DNA of 64,000 bases from Octopus sinensis (Eukaryota): positions 88,536,001 to 88,600,000 of the forward strand of contig NC_043001.1 in the NCBI RefSeq assembly GCF_006345805.1, written 5' to 3'. The notes beneath the pieces were generated by a model. The model had not been told where the DNA came from and ran no database searches. It saw only the letters and a program-made list of their open reading frames with translations. Positions 1 to 13,066 of this stretch are shown here, piece by piece. The position numbers and the translations under genes were made by a program. Positions within the stretch are counted from its first letter, which is position 1. Every line of letters begins with the position of its first letter.

Positions 1-190
1 GCATGCATGCATATATTTATGTGAATATGTATGTATATATATGTATATATATATATATATATATTTATATATTGATGTGCATATGTATGTATATATATAG
101 GTATCTATATATGTGTATGTTTATATATTTATACATGTATATATATATATGTATATATGTTTATAAATGTACATACATATAGATAGATAT
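1..190. repeat. TA/TG-rich compound microsatellite
   Basis: Runs of (TA)n and (TG)n visible directly. Confidence 0.9.
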
Positions 191-191
191 A

Positions 192-283
192 TTCTTTTAC
201 TTGTTTCAGTAAAGGGTTTTAGTCGAACAAATCAACTCCAGGGCTTATTTTTTATAACCTAGTACTTATTGTATCAGTCTCCT
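192..283 (-). mobile_element. 3' fragment of tRNA-derived SINE (family of 41368-41756)
   Basis: Reverse complement resembles the 3' end of the 41368 copy (gatagaataagtact...gaaacaagtaaaaga). Confidence 0.65.
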
Positions 284-726
284 TCATGGGATATGGCTGT
301 ATATGTGTATGTATTGTATACACACACACATATATATATTGCCAAAGTCTAAATTCCCTTGCTCGGATCTTTTATCACTTTGTCCTGCAGCTCTTGGATA
401 AATTCTGGCATGCAGATGTAGTCAACATCTTTTATATTCCTTCCTGCTGGTCACAGTTTTGTAGTCTTTGTTACAGTCGTCCATGTCATATCTTACAGCC
501 TTTAGTGTTCGCAGAGTATTGAGCATCAGTGATGATGTCAGTATTTTGATACTTGGCACAAATCATAGTCCTCCATATCATCTAACTTTTTCTCAACTAC
601 AACTCTTATCTTTACACTCTCCAATGCCATTGGCTGTTCACCAATACATTAAACAGCTCCTGAGAAAAAGAGACATAAAGAAAATCATCTAATTTAGCCT
701 GAGCTACCTTAATATACATGTATATT

Positions 727-1292
727 GTGTGTGTGTGTGTGTGTGTGTGTATAGATAGATAAATAAATAGACAGATGGGTAGATAGATAGATAGATAGAC
801 AGACAGATAGGTAGATAGATAGACAGACAGACAGATAGGTAGATAGATAGACAGATAGGTAGATAGATAGACGGATAGGTAGATAGATAGACGGATAGGT
901 AGATAGATAGATAGACAGATAGGTAGATAGATAGATAGACAGACAGATAGTTAGATAAATAGATAGATAATTAGATAAACAGACAGATAGGTAGATAGAT
1001 AGATAAATTGACAGACAGGCATATAGATAGATAAATAGATAGATAATTAGATAAACAGACAGAGAGATAGGTAGATAGATAGATAGATAGATAGATAGAC
1101 AGATAAATTGACAGACAGACAGATAGGTAGATAAATAGATAGATAATTAGATAAACAGACAGAGATAGGTAGATAGATAGATAGACAGACAGATAAATTG
1201 ACAGACAGACAGACAGATAGATAGATAGACAGACAGACAGGTAGATAGATAGATAAACAGACAGACAGATAGATATTAGATAGATAGATCTG
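727..1292. repeat. (TG)n followed by long (GATA/GACA)n tetranucleotide array
   Basis: Directly visible; explains spurious ORFs 971..1390 and 1047..1307. Confidence 0.95.
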
Positions 1293-1399
1293 TATGTGTA
1301 TGTACAAACTGGTTGGAGAATGTTTAATTGCCTCTGTTGATAATAAAAAGTTTGTTTCTCAGATAAAAAAGCAGATTGCATGATACTCATCTATGAATT

Positions 1400-1775
1400 G
1401 TGATGTTGCATGATAGTGACACATGATCTATCATGGACAATTAGAACTTGCGGACACTAGAAAGAAATGCAAGTACAATGCTGTATTGGATGTGCATCAG
1501 AATGCATGAACAACAAAATTCTTATGTGTTGAGAGAAAAATTGAGCATAAAATAATCACATGTAATGTGTGAGATAAACCGCACCAGTGTATGTAATGTG
1601 CTTGCATGAGGACAGTGCCAAGCACTTAATGAGGAATTCAGAATGAAATTAAATCTTCTAGTTCAGGCTAATCTCATAACTTTGCACCTCATGGAGATGT
1701 CAAAGGACTAAGGTGACTGGCAATATGTATTGCTTTAGAAGACCCATCCAGTTTGGCAACACTGAGGTTCTGGAA
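1400..1775 (+). mobile_element. Degraded RTE LINE 3' ORF remnant
   Basis: Similar to better-preserved RTE 3' ends at 11330-11600 and 23420-23720 (ctggatgtg...ttgagagaaaaattg). Confidence 0.5.
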
Positions 1776-2743
1776 GTATATGTATATATACAAGTGAACT
1801 CTCTCTCACTTTGCTTTTCAAAGCTTCTTCATTACCCTTTCATATCTCTCTGTTACTGATCCTGCCATCACTTGCTTAACTGCAATATTCTGATTGCTAT
1901 AATTGAAGAAGAGCTGAACTACATATATCATTTATATACCAGTTATCTTTTTCACTACCTTGGAACATTTGAGTTGACTCCCATAATTCATTCTTAACAA
2001 TATCCTCTCATTTTATGTTGATCATCCTTCTGTGCTCTGTCTGAATTATTTCCTGTCAAAGACTCTTACTCTACCCATACAGTATGCCTCTCCCCATGTG
2101 CCTACCCACCCACATATCATCTCACCATCTCTCATCCTTCTCCTACCTATTGTATTATTGTTACTGTTCTGCTACACTTCAACTCTTTCTGTATTACCAG
2201 TCATCACCTACTCTCCCCTACCTTCCATTCTACTTGTATTATCAATCACCCTTTCGTCCTTGGTCACCATTCCTTACATCCATCTCTCATGCAATCTTTC
2301 CAGCCATCACTTATTCTCTCTTATCTACCCTAAAACTCATTTATCACCAACAATCCCTCAACTCTTGTTCATCATTCATCATATTCACTCTCATCTCTGG
2401 CCATTCATTACTTTCCTCATACGCTTTTGCAACATCTACAAACTTTTCTTGCTCTTTTGTCCCCACTCATTTCTATTCACCTTCTTGTGCCTTGAGGGTT
2501 CATTTTGACACTTCATCACTATCATCTTTATCTCTCTTTTTAGCTCCATCTAATTATTCCCATCCGCTCTTTTATTTTTTGAGTAACCATGTATATCTTA
2601 TACAGCAAGAAACCTATTCTGACCCTTTCTTTCCTACTTTGACCTCTCATCTTCTCGTCTAAAGCCACCTCTCTCTCTCTCTACTGCTGGCTCACTTAGT
2701 CAAAGGGTTCTTCGTCTTGCAAGTTATATGGCACCTCACTAGT

Positions 2744-2880
2744 GCTGGTATCATGAAAGAAGCACCCAGTACAATCTGTAAAGTTGTTGGCATTAGAAAG
2801 GGCATCCAGCCTTAGAAACCATAGCAAAGCAACCATTGGAGCACAGAATAAAGTTCCACATAAGTTTTGCCTATTAGCTT
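2744..2880 (+). mobile_element. RTE 3' UTR fragment
   Basis: Motif aagcacccagtaca...ggcattagaaagggcatccagcc-tagaaacc, shared with RTE 3' UTRs at 11800-11960, 24210-24388 and 30650-30820. Confidence 0.6.
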
Positions 2881-3589
2881 GTTCACTCACTGAGGGAAAC
2901 TTCAATTTCAAATATTTTGATATTGTAAGTCAAAAAGGAAGCCTCATCAAAAGATAGGCTTATGTATGAGCTTTATGCTTGTTACAAAAATTAAGACAGA
3001 AAATATATATTCTATGGAAAGTAGTGAACTAAAGAAATGGTTTAAATATCCAAAAACAAAAAACAAACAAACAATGATAATTATTGTAGTCATCATAGTT
3101 TGGTGAAAGAAAAGTTTAGGCAGGGAAGAGTGCAAAGAAATATTTAAAAATGTTAAAGATGTTTAGTAAATATATAGATCAGCACTTGATCAAGGAAATG
3201 ATACTGTTATATAATGCAGGTAGCTAATTAAATAGCTTTATTCTAATGAGCAGTACTGTGCCAATTGGAATTTGTCAGAAAAAATTTTAACTATATATGT
3301 ATGTTCATGTGAGACTGTAAATGTCAAAAAAAGTGTGTACATTTATTTTGCTAAAAAGGAAGACCTACTTTAAAATTATATTTATAATATTCTTAATAAG
3401 AGTCTTGTTTATTATTAGTAGTTGGGCAGGAATGACAAACTAAATTATATCATATATAAAGTGTCAGATGATTTGGTTTGCATGTAAGAACTGTTAAACT
3501 TCTGAATGCCATAAGAACCCCTGAAGTAAGTTATATATAGAGGTAAAATATATTAAGCCAACTGTAGAATGAATATGGGTATGTATGTA

Positions 3590-3626
<37 letters not shown>

Positions 3627-3649
3627 CAAAATTTAGACAAATATATATA

Positions 3650-4046
3650 ACTAGCAGTATCGCCCGGCGTTGCTCGGTTTGTAAGGGAAATAACTATATA
3701 AGCATTTTTAGAGAGTTATAGCCAAAAAATAGCAAAAAAATGCATTAAATATTGAAAAAAAATTAAGGTAAATTTTTTTTTTAAATCGTTGACACATCGT
3801 AGATTTTTTAGAGAGTTACTTCCCTTATATAAAAGCGAAAAAAATGCATTAAAATGGAAAAATATGATGGTAAATTTTTTTAAAATCGTAGACTCATCGT
3901 AGACGCGCGCTAATACCCAGAAGGGCTCGATATGAATCACGACTATAAGATACCCGCTTTTGGTTAAACTGCACCGCAAAATGTGGGAGTAGTTACGAAT
4001 CTAAATCGAAGGGGACAGACACACAACTTCACTCTTATATAAAGAT
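3650..4046 (+). mobile_element. Non-autonomous Helitron/Helentron-like element, copy 1
   Basis: Starts actagcagtatcgcccggcgttgctcgg and ends gacagacacacaacttcactcttatataaagat; close second copy at 44778-45176; termini resemble Lep1/DINE-type rolling-circle elements. Confidence 0.7.
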
Positions 4047-4059
4047 GCTTTTTTTTTTT

Positions 4060-4830
4060 TCAGTCATAGAGTTAGATTTATGAAGGTCTTCAGTAGAAAA
4101 TCCTTCGAATTCTGACTCGCTGCTTGATATAATGAAATTCGTATCCATTTTTTGTCAGAATTACAAATTTTGAAAACACAATAGGAACAAATTTCGGAAA
4201 AAAAATCTCCCATAATTCACGGAATTAAAATTACACTTCGATTTTTGTACAAAACTGTATTTGAAGTGTTTACGAAGTATAATACGTGTTTTCACGAATG
4301 TACTAAAGAGATTTACTCTGATATTCTAATTTAAATATGAATAGGTAAATTCGGGCGGTTTGGTAACGAAAGGGTTTATATAAGTGTCGTCTGTTTATAC
4401 ATAAACACTGTTTCATACTTTCAGTTTAGTCTTCCTCAAATCACTCTGTCGCTAATTTACTCTCTTCCAAGAACATTTTCACTCACTCTTATCTGTTAGC
4501 TTCCCATACATTTTACTCATGTATCTATCAGCGTGATAGACAGAAACAAATATTACATCTAGTTTCACTTTATTCGTTGCACACTGTGTGTGTGCGTTTG
4601 CGTGTGCTGTAAACCAGACTAAGAAAAGCATTTGACATACACACCAGAATGTGAGTTTTCTGTAAATTTTGCTTAATTGGAGTTTAAATTTTAAAAACTG
4701 GACCTGGCATGACCCGATGCATTCTACTCTTAAAAATGCTAGGTAAATTGTAATTGAAGAAATCCTATATTGTAGATTTCTATAACTTACAAAGGGAGGC
4801 AGATAAAATCTGCCTTTTATAATAAGAGAT
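4060..4830 (+). mobile_element. Second Helitron/Helentron-like element (3' end clear, 5' boundary uncertain)
   Basis: Subterminal hairpin aggcagat-aaa-atctgcct (4797-4815) followed by tttataataagagat. Confidence 0.45.
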
Positions 4831-4953
4831 TAGATTAGTGTGTTTAAATGCTGAGTAGAGCACCGGCACAGTTTAAACTACCTGTTGTCATCCGTTGATG
4901 TGGTACACTTCTGTTGCATTTACTTCAGGAACTTCGCAGTGGCAGTTTGGGTA

Positions 4954-5040
4954 ATAGTATTAATAGATATTAGGAGATGGATTTTGTATGAGACTTTTAT
5001 TAGTCTAATACAAAATCCATCTCCTATCAATTAATACTAT
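4954..5040. repeat. 87-bp imperfect inverted repeat (hairpin)
   Basis: atagtattaat...aggagatggattttgtat...agact pairs with agtct...atacaaaatccatctcct...attaatactat. Confidence 0.85.
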
Positions 5041-5169
5041 ATATATATATGTACATTTACTTATGTATAAAGATATGCATGTATATATATATGTGTGTAT
5101 GTACATATACAGGAAAATATTATTCCTACAAGATGTTCAAGATATTGGGAACAAATTTTAGACTTTTCT

Positions 5170-6430
5170 TAACTCACTATCTTTGGTGACTTCAACATGC
5201 ACAACTCCTTGAAGTTCCCTCACTCTGCCTCCCCTAATGTTGCCGGTGCTGAAACAGAATCTTTTTGCACTGCTCAACTTTTTACATGAACTTGTCTCAT
5301 CCTCTACACAGGCCTCAGATTGTCATTCTAAACATCTTTGAGTTCTTTCTCACTTCCAAACCTAATCTATACATCTACCTTCTTCTATCATCCATAAGTA
5401 GACAGATGATAGAGAAGAGTATTTAGAGAAATTTTGGTAAAAGCAATGTTGTCACACTTAACTTTTCAACTATGTCTGGCAAATCAATCTCCTATTGAAA
5501 CTTCTTATGTATGAACTCCTCTCAACTTTTGAATTGGCAGCTTCCTGTCAAATCACTCTATTGCTGCAAGTATTTATAGAACACTCTGTCTCTCATTTTG
5601 TCTAATCTGGTGTGCCCCAGGGTGCAGTTTTGTTCCCTACTCTGTTCCTTCTCTACAGCAGTGACTTACTGTTGCATCCAACAACACCCTCTCTTAGACA
5701 AGTGACACGACCCTTCATTTCTTCCTAATATTCTCCAACCATGCGTGGTTCACTTGCAATCTAGAGTCCACATGCCAAACATACACTGACTCCATGAATA
5801 GAGGCCAGAAAAGAAACCTTGAATGCCGAAATATCAACCTTGTCTCTTTCAACAAGAAAAGAAGCATAAATGCTATTCATATCAAGAAAGCACTGTTACA
5901 GCACATACCTTTTAATTATAAGAAGCTCTATGCTAGAGTTCTCAAAATTACTTCACTTGTTGGAGCTTTACAATTACCAAGATTCTCTCTTGGTAAAAGC
6001 ACATCCTTAACATAGGACCACATCCCAATGATTGCCCTTCTCTTCAGGGCCAGAAAAGACTTCAGCACCCAACACTATAGAATTTAAGTGAAGACCAGAC
6101 AATGGAGTGTGCTGGCTTTTCTGTTTACCTCCTTCATATGTTCCAAAGACACCATCAACTCAACAAGTAGAACCATCAATTTAACAATTGGAAAAATATA
6201 AAAAGGAAAGGGAATCATAGAAAGTAAAGAAAGTACTGAGAGAAACAAGAAAGGAAGGGAAGGGTAAAAGCAAAAACAAAGTGAGAAAATGAATTAAAAT
6301 AAGAGACAATGGAGCTGGCATGAAATGTGGCTTCTACTATAATGGCCTCAGCTCTTTCAAGATAGCTGGGTTGATGCCATCTCCATCGAAGCATTCCTAT
6401 CTCTCTCATCTCCTCGCCTCTCATTTTTTA
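5170..6430 (+). mobile_element. Old degraded LINE (CR1/L2/Jockey group) with APE and RT remnants
   Basis: Translates to IFGDFNMHN near 5185-5215 (APE motif) and SGVPQGAVLFPTLFLLYSSDL near 5605-5670 (RT motif); many stops and deletions. Confidence 0.7.
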
Positions 6431-6620
6431 TGACCAACTCCCCAAGATTCTGCATGAATCATTACACTCAGGCCTTCCTTCTGAAAATGTTGGCCTTCAT
6501 GCATTCTTCTAACCTCATATAGCTTTTGTTGACTTCCAAAAGTGCAAGGGAAACACTAATGGCATCAGTCTCGCTTTTCGTGGATGTGAAATATAGAGCA
6601 TGAGAATTCCCCTTTCAAGT

Positions 6621-6671
<51 letters not shown>

Positions 6672-7307
6672 ACACATATATTTTAATCCCTCGGCTATTT
6701 AAGGCTATTTTTGGCCTGCTGTCACCTGTGTCATTGATTCTGTTGTTGTTGTTGTTGTTATTATTATTATTATTATTATTTTATTTATATATATATATAA
6801 TCTTCCATCCTGGCACAAGTTGATGGGTCAATGTGTCCAAGGTCTGCATTAAGCTCCAATGTCTACTTTGACATAGCCTGATGCCTTCTTAATGCCAACC
6901 ACTTTACAGTATGTATTCGGTGCTTTTTTTTTTTGTGGTACTGAGGTATATGAAAGAGCCTAAATATGAAGGACAGAAGGAATCTTGTGAGTTACAAGGA
7001 TTGCAGTATACATATATATGTTGGTGTGTTTATGTCCCCATAACTTAACAGTTCAGCTAAAAGAGAATGATAGAATAAATACTAGGATTACAAAGAATAA
7101 GTCCTGGGTCAAATAGAAGAATACAAGAATGAATGTGTACATATATATATGTATATATATACATGCGTAGATGTATATAATATATATATATACACACTTG
7201 TGTACACATATGTAATATATATATACATATGTACATATATATATAGGTATATATATATATATATATATATATACATGTTTACATATATATATATGTATAG
7301 ATATACA

Positions 7308-8875
7308 TTTGATACCCCCTCCATTTGATAGATAGGTACCTCCAATGCTTCGATTGATCATCACGCGGGACCAAGTCAAACGTGTTATTCAAGGCCTCGA
7401 TGTCAACAAGGGTCACGGCCCTGACGGCATACACCCACGGGTTGTCAAAGCGTTGGCTCCGGTCATCTGCGAGCCCTTAACACGACTATTCAATATGTCA
7501 TTGGCGACGGGTGTTATACCTGCAGACTGGAGAACAGCGATAATCTGCCCAATTTTCAAGAAAGGGAGCCGCGAAGACCCGCTTAACTACCGACTGGTTT
7601 CCCTTACATCAATAATCAGCAAGATGTTCGAAACCATCCTTAAGAAAAGTATGATGCTCCACCTCCTAAACACAGCCTCGATCACTGATTCCCAACACGG
7701 CTTCGTGCCGAAGAGATCATGCTTGACCAACTTACTAGTAATGGAAGAATTGGTGACGCGCATCCTCGATGATAGTGATGCTGTTGACATCGTTTTATTG
7801 GACTTTGCCAAAGCTTTTGACTCGGTAAACCACCGCCTACTACTTGTCAAGCTTCAAGTTAATGGTTCGCGGTCCGACGTCTCCAGTGCGAGCAGTGGTG
7901 TGCCTCAAGGTTCAGTGCTTGGGCCCTTGTTGTTCTTAGTCTTCATAAATGACTTGCCCGACGACCTCACGCAACACACCCTTCTATTTGCCGACGATAT
8001 CAAACTGGTCGCTCCTCGCGGTAGTATAGAGGATCTTCGTCGATGCCTCCACCAAATTTGGAAGTGGTCTAACGATTGGGACCCGTGTCTGAACGTGTCA
8101 AAGTGCTGTCATCTGCCTGTCGGCTCTACTCCTGCAACTCAACTTGATTTCGAGCCGGGTCGTCTGCTGCTGGAGAGGACCGATCAGGTAAAGGACCTGG
8201 GTATCTTGGTGGATTCCTCCTTTTCGCCTTCGGCCCAGTGCGTCCATGCTGCCAACAAAGCGCGCGGAATTCTGTTTTTGATTCGACGGTCATTCGGAAT
8301 GCTCACAGCAGCCATATTCCTGCCACTCTATGTCACGCTGGTGAGACCCATATTGGAGTATGGGATTCAAGCCTCTTCTCCTTATCTCCTCAAAGACATA
8401 CAGCACCTCAAAAGAGTCCAGAGGCTGGCTACCCGAATGGTTCATGGTCTCAAAAATTTGTCCTACGAAGAAAGGCTGAGAACACTCGACCTTTGTTCTC
8501 TTGAAAAACGCCGCTGCCGTGGTGATCTCATTCTCGCCCACAACATCATAAGCGGGAAGTGTAACCTCTCGAAAGAGCTGTTCTTCACTCCTGCTCCGGA
8601 GCGTCGGCTGCGGGGTCATTCCGAAAAGCTCTACCTGCGACAATTTCATCTCAATCGAAGGAGAGGAGCTTTCTCCATCCGGGTTGCGGATCCGTGGAAC
8701 AAGCTGCCAGACGAGATGGTGAAGATGCCGACGACCGCTTTGTTCAAAGCCTCCCTGGACCTCAAGTGGCCTGAACTCTTTACATGAACACCACCCTGTA
8801 CTTAACTCCATGTCCCCCTACATGGCCTTGCTATTTGCTTTTGAGCCAAATTAACTAACTAACTAACTAACTAAC
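7308..8875 (+). mobile_element. Young 5'-truncated CR1/L2-type LINE with (TAAC)n 3' tail
   Basis: RT ORF followed by short 3' UTR and tail ttaactaactaactaactaactaac (8851-8875); inserted in TA/CA microsatellite; visibly more GC-rich than flanks. Confidence 0.9.
7345..8787 (+). pseudogene. Non-LTR reverse transcriptase ORF (480 aa), truncated and internally deleted
   Basis: Motifs GPDGIHP, NYRLVSLTS, QHGF, LDFAKAFDSV, SGVPQGSVLGPLLFLVFINDL, FADDIKL, KDLGILVD, LVRPILEYG; no APE domain; KLQ joins directly to VNGS, where family members have a longer segment. Confidence 0.88.
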
Positions 8876-9215
8876 ATGTATACATATATATATATACATG
8901 TATACATAAATATAATATATATACATGTATATATATATGCATGTGTATATATATACACACATGTATACATATATACATCTATATATACACATGTATACAT
9001 ATATACACATGCATACATATATGCATCTATATATATATATATACATGTGTATATATGTATACATGTATGTGTATAGATGTATATGTGTATACATGTGTGT
9101 GTATATATATATCTGTATATATATATATATACACATGTATCTATATATCCATATAAATATGTGTGTGTATGTATATATGTATAAATAATATACCCACAGA
9201 CATACATATACACAC
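8876..9215. repeat. TA/CA-rich compound microsatellite
   Basis: Directly visible; source of several YI-rich spurious ORFs. Confidence 0.9.
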
Positions 9216-9395
9216 CGCTAGCAACTACACATTCTTTATTATCTCTTCTTGTTTCTTTCCGTGTTCCTTTCTGTGGAAGAGCATAGGGTCGCAATGTTAA
9301 AGACTTTTTCACTTCCCGGGCGTTATACTAATACTTCTGTTTGTTGTCTACACCACCTGTCTTCGTCTCTTGTCTTTTTTGTGAATTCTCCCTAC

Positions 9396-9397
<2 letters not shown>
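9215..9397 (+). mobile_element. Penelope-like 3' terminal fragment with decayed hammerhead motif
   Basis: Homologous to 15830-16008 and 16980-17152 (ttcctttctgt-gaagagc-tagg-tc-aa...aagactt); followed by (TA)n. Confidence 0.65.
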
Positions 9398-9453
<56 letters not shown>

Positions 9454-9467
9454 TATATATTATATAT

Positions 9468-9513
<46 letters not shown>

Positions 9514-9539
9514 CTGGCTTCATTTGGAGCCCCACTTTT

Positions 9540-10720
9540 CAGTGTGTTGGGTTTCTTTTCTGAACTATATTTGGTGAAGTAGCGAGTTGGATGGAGCTGC
9601 ACTTCTTTGTGCCTCCTGCCACAATGTGTGTTCATCTCATATTTTTGATAGAAATTTGACACTCTTTGAAGATCTCCACATCTACACCTTGCTAATCTCA
9701 TAGGTTGATTGGCAGCATATTGAATAGTTGTAGACCCTTGAGAGCCAAGTTGTTACAGTAATGGGTCCTTTTTAAGATGGAGAAAATAGGATCATTGGTA
9801 CTATGCAGTGTCATCCAATTTGGTGATGAGTATGGCTTTCATTTCCAAAATTTGGAAGTAGTCCTTCCATGATCTTTCATATGTATATCATTGCATATCT
9901 TTCATGCCTTCTCTCTACGGATTTGAGTTTCAGTTCCTTTAGCCTCTCTCAGTAGCTCATCTGTTTCACCAAGTCACTCTTCCTTGAGTAGTGACACTGG
10001 ATTGCCTCAAGTTCCACCACCAGTTTGATGCTCTGTGGTGGCCATAGTTGGGAGCAGAAAAAAAGTTCTCCATTGAAGCATCATTGTATCCTTCTTTGTG
10101 GTCTAAATGTTCTCAGTATACAACCAACTACTTACCTCCACAGTATTGTCTTCTTGGTAATGTGCTCATGGAATGCTGCATCATTACTCATATGGATACC
10201 CTGGTCACACACAGTCTCTTACTCTGTAATTGCACTACCCCTTGGTCCTGTGCATTCCAATTGTAGTGTGTTTTATAGGCTAATAGTAGAGTGCTTGAAA
10301 CTTCTCTGCATTGTACTGCATGTTATTTTCATCTGCCCATTTGTATATTGCATGTATGTTGTTTTGCAAGTGACCATCTGTGATACTTTTGTATCATCAG
10401 AGTAGCTGGTAAGACTGAATGGCTGAGCACATGTCTGAGAGAGCCACCACAAGCAGTAGTGGACCCAGTATAGTTCTTCGAGGGACTCTGCCACAAATTG
10501 TCTCCTCAGAGTGAACTCCATTGGATGCAACTAGGCAGAAATCACATTCTGTATTTGCAAGTTATTTTATTCCAGGAATGTGATCAGTCTCCATCTCACA
10601 ATGCATCCATGACTTGGCTATCATGTGCAGTCAGAGAGATTGGCCCGTAACTTTTAGCATCTGCTCTGCTTTCTCCTTTATGTTGATGTTATCAATGTTT
10701 GGCTCTTTTCCAAGGAAATC
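9540..10720 (-). mobile_element. Degraded CR1/L2-type LINE RT remnant
   Basis: Minus strand gives VPRRTILGPLLLVVALSDM and LTSYSDDTKVSQ (RT motifs), and NLALKGLQLFNMLP near the 3' end. Confidence 0.7.
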
Positions 10721-10787
10721 TGCAGTGCATGTGTGCATATATATATATATATAATATATATATATATATATACATACACATACAGGC

Positions 10788-10823
<36 letters not shown>

Positions 10824-10826
<3 letters not shown>

Positions 10827-11966
10827 AAAAGTTTGGTGTACAGGTAGGGGTTCATCAAGGCTCAGTCCTTAGTCTCCTCCTTTTCATCATTGTCCTCCAG
10901 GCCCTAACAGAGGAATTCAAGACCAGCATCCCCTGGGAACTACTATATGCTGATGATCTTGCCCTCACAGCAGATTCTATATCAGAGCTGGAAGGGAAAT
11001 TCTAGGTGTGGAAACAAAACCTGGAATCTAAGGACCTTAAGGTTAACTAAGCAAAAACAAAAGTCTTAGTAAGCAAAAAAAAGTTACAGGACCCTACTCG
11101 CTTCATGTAGGTGGCCCTGTTCGATTTGTAGGAAATGTGTAGGCAAGAACTCCACACAGTGTATAGAATAAAATGGAGGAAATTCAGAGAGCTGTAAACA
11201 CTGTTGGCTACAAAAGGTTTCTCTCTGTAAGTGGAAGGAAGATTGTATGATGCTTGTATACAGAGAGCAATTCTACATGGTAGTGAGAAGTTAGCCCTGG
11301 ATACACAGGACATGTGAAAGCTAGAAAGAAACAAGGCTAGTATGCTCCACTGGATATGTAATATAATTGTGCATGTTCGACAGAGTGCTAGTGCTCTGAG
11401 AGAGAAATTGGGTATGAGAGGAATTAGTTGTTATTTGCAAGAGAGAAGACCTCACTGGTTTGGTCGTGCAATGCAAATGGATGCTAACAGCTCTATAAAG
11501 AAGTACCAATCTCTCAAAGTAGATGGAACACATGGAAGTGGGAGACCTAGGTAAACATGGGATGACATGCTGAAGAAGAACCTCAGGACACTGAACCTTT
11601 CAGGCAAAATGACAAAGGGTCACACTGCCTGGTACCTAGATGTACCCAAGAAGACCTGTACTCTGCAGCAGAAGTGTTAAGACAGGTCCCACTGGTGATG
11701 AGGATAGACCTGCAAGATTTCTATGCTGGTGCTACATAAAAAGCACCCATGCTATGCCATGTAAAGGCACATGTGCAGTGACACATAAAAGCACCCATGC
11801 AGTACCATGCAAAAGCACTCAGCACACTCAGTAAAATGCTTGGTACTAGGAAAGGCATCCAGTCATAGAAACCATGCCGAATCAGACTGGAGGCGGGTGC
11901 AACTTATCAGCTCTGGTGAAACCATCCAATCCATGCCAGCATGGACATCAGACATTAAGTGATGAT
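10824..11966 (+). mobile_element. 5'-truncated, internally deleted RTE LINE with 3' UTR
   Basis: VGVHQGSVLSLLLFIIVLQALTEEFKTSIPWELLYADDLAL; C-terminal LREKLGMRGI...GRPR; 3' UTR ending in gatgat. Confidence 0.85.
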
Positions 11967-11979
11967 CACACACACACAC

Positions 11980-12046
<67 letters not shown>

Positions 12047-12169
12047 TACACACACTTATATATGTACAATATACATGTCCAGGGACAGTCACAGTGTCTT
12101 AATATAACACACTCACCAGTTCCATTCCCACTCCTTTATTTATTTATTTATTTATTTATTCCAGAAAGA

Positions 12170-13066
12170 CTTTTCATTACTGCATTTCTGACCTTTCCAA
12201 TGGGTTTTTGTTTCAACACACGAATTGAAGCACCACTGATGCTATATCCCTGGTATGGCAACTGCAGGAGAAATACCTAGCCAAAGATAAACCACTATAC
12301 TTCGCTTTTGTGAACTTGGAGAAAGCCTTTGACAGGGTCCCCCAATCCTTATCTGAAGGTCGATGCAGAAACTGTGGATTGATGAATGGTTAATAAGGGC
12401 TGTACAGGCCTTATACAAAGATGTTGTTAGTAAGGGTCGGGTTGGCAATGAGTGAAGAATTCTGGGTAGAAGTAGGGGTCCACCAAGGGTCAGCCCTCAG
12501 TCCCCTTTAATTCATCATAGTTCTCCAAGCAATAACAGGAATTCAAGACAGGTTGCTCCTAGGAGCTCCTCTATGCAGAATCACTACCAGAACTAGAGAA
12601 GATATTTCAGGTGTGGAAACAAGGTTTAGAATCGAAGTGTCTTAGAGTCAATGTTGCAAAGGCCAAAGTTCTAGTAAGTAGGAAGGCGAACACATCATAC
12701 ACCCCTTCAGGTAGGTGGCCCTACTCGTTCTGTAGAAAAGGTGTAGGTAGAAACTCCATAAGATGTACCAAGTGTAAGCTATGGAGACATGAGAGGTGCA
12801 GCAACATCAAAGGAAGATTAACTGGGAAGATAGCTTTCATGTGCTGTAGATGCACAGGCGCAATAAACACCACAGATGCTCAGAAAACAGATTCCATCAC
12901 ATGCCAGGGGGAGAAACTAGAAGTAGTTGATAGCTTCCGCTACCTAGGTGACCAAGTCTGTAGTAGGGGTGGATATTCAGAAAGTGTTCCCACTAGAATA
13001 AGAATAGCCTGGGCAAAGTTCAGAAAGCTTCTACCCCTACTGGTGACAAAGGGCCGGCCTCTCGCT
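12170..13066 (+). mobile_element. RTE LINE RT fragment (frameshifted)
   Basis: DLEKAFDRVP and VHQGSALSP motifs; ORF 12611..13111 WKQGLESKCLRVNVAKAKV...FRYLGD...RIRIAWAKFR. Confidence 0.85.

Noticed and set aside
1960-2660. Pyrimidine-rich ORFs 2032..2508 and 2084..2662
   Set aside because: GTG/ATG-start low-complexity frames, probably the antisense of an old LINE; no domain support.
8863-9312. Numerous YI/CV-rich ORFs here and at 971-1390, 7053-7379, 13430-13835 and 15828-16172
   Set aside because: Translations of TA/TG/GATA microsatellites.
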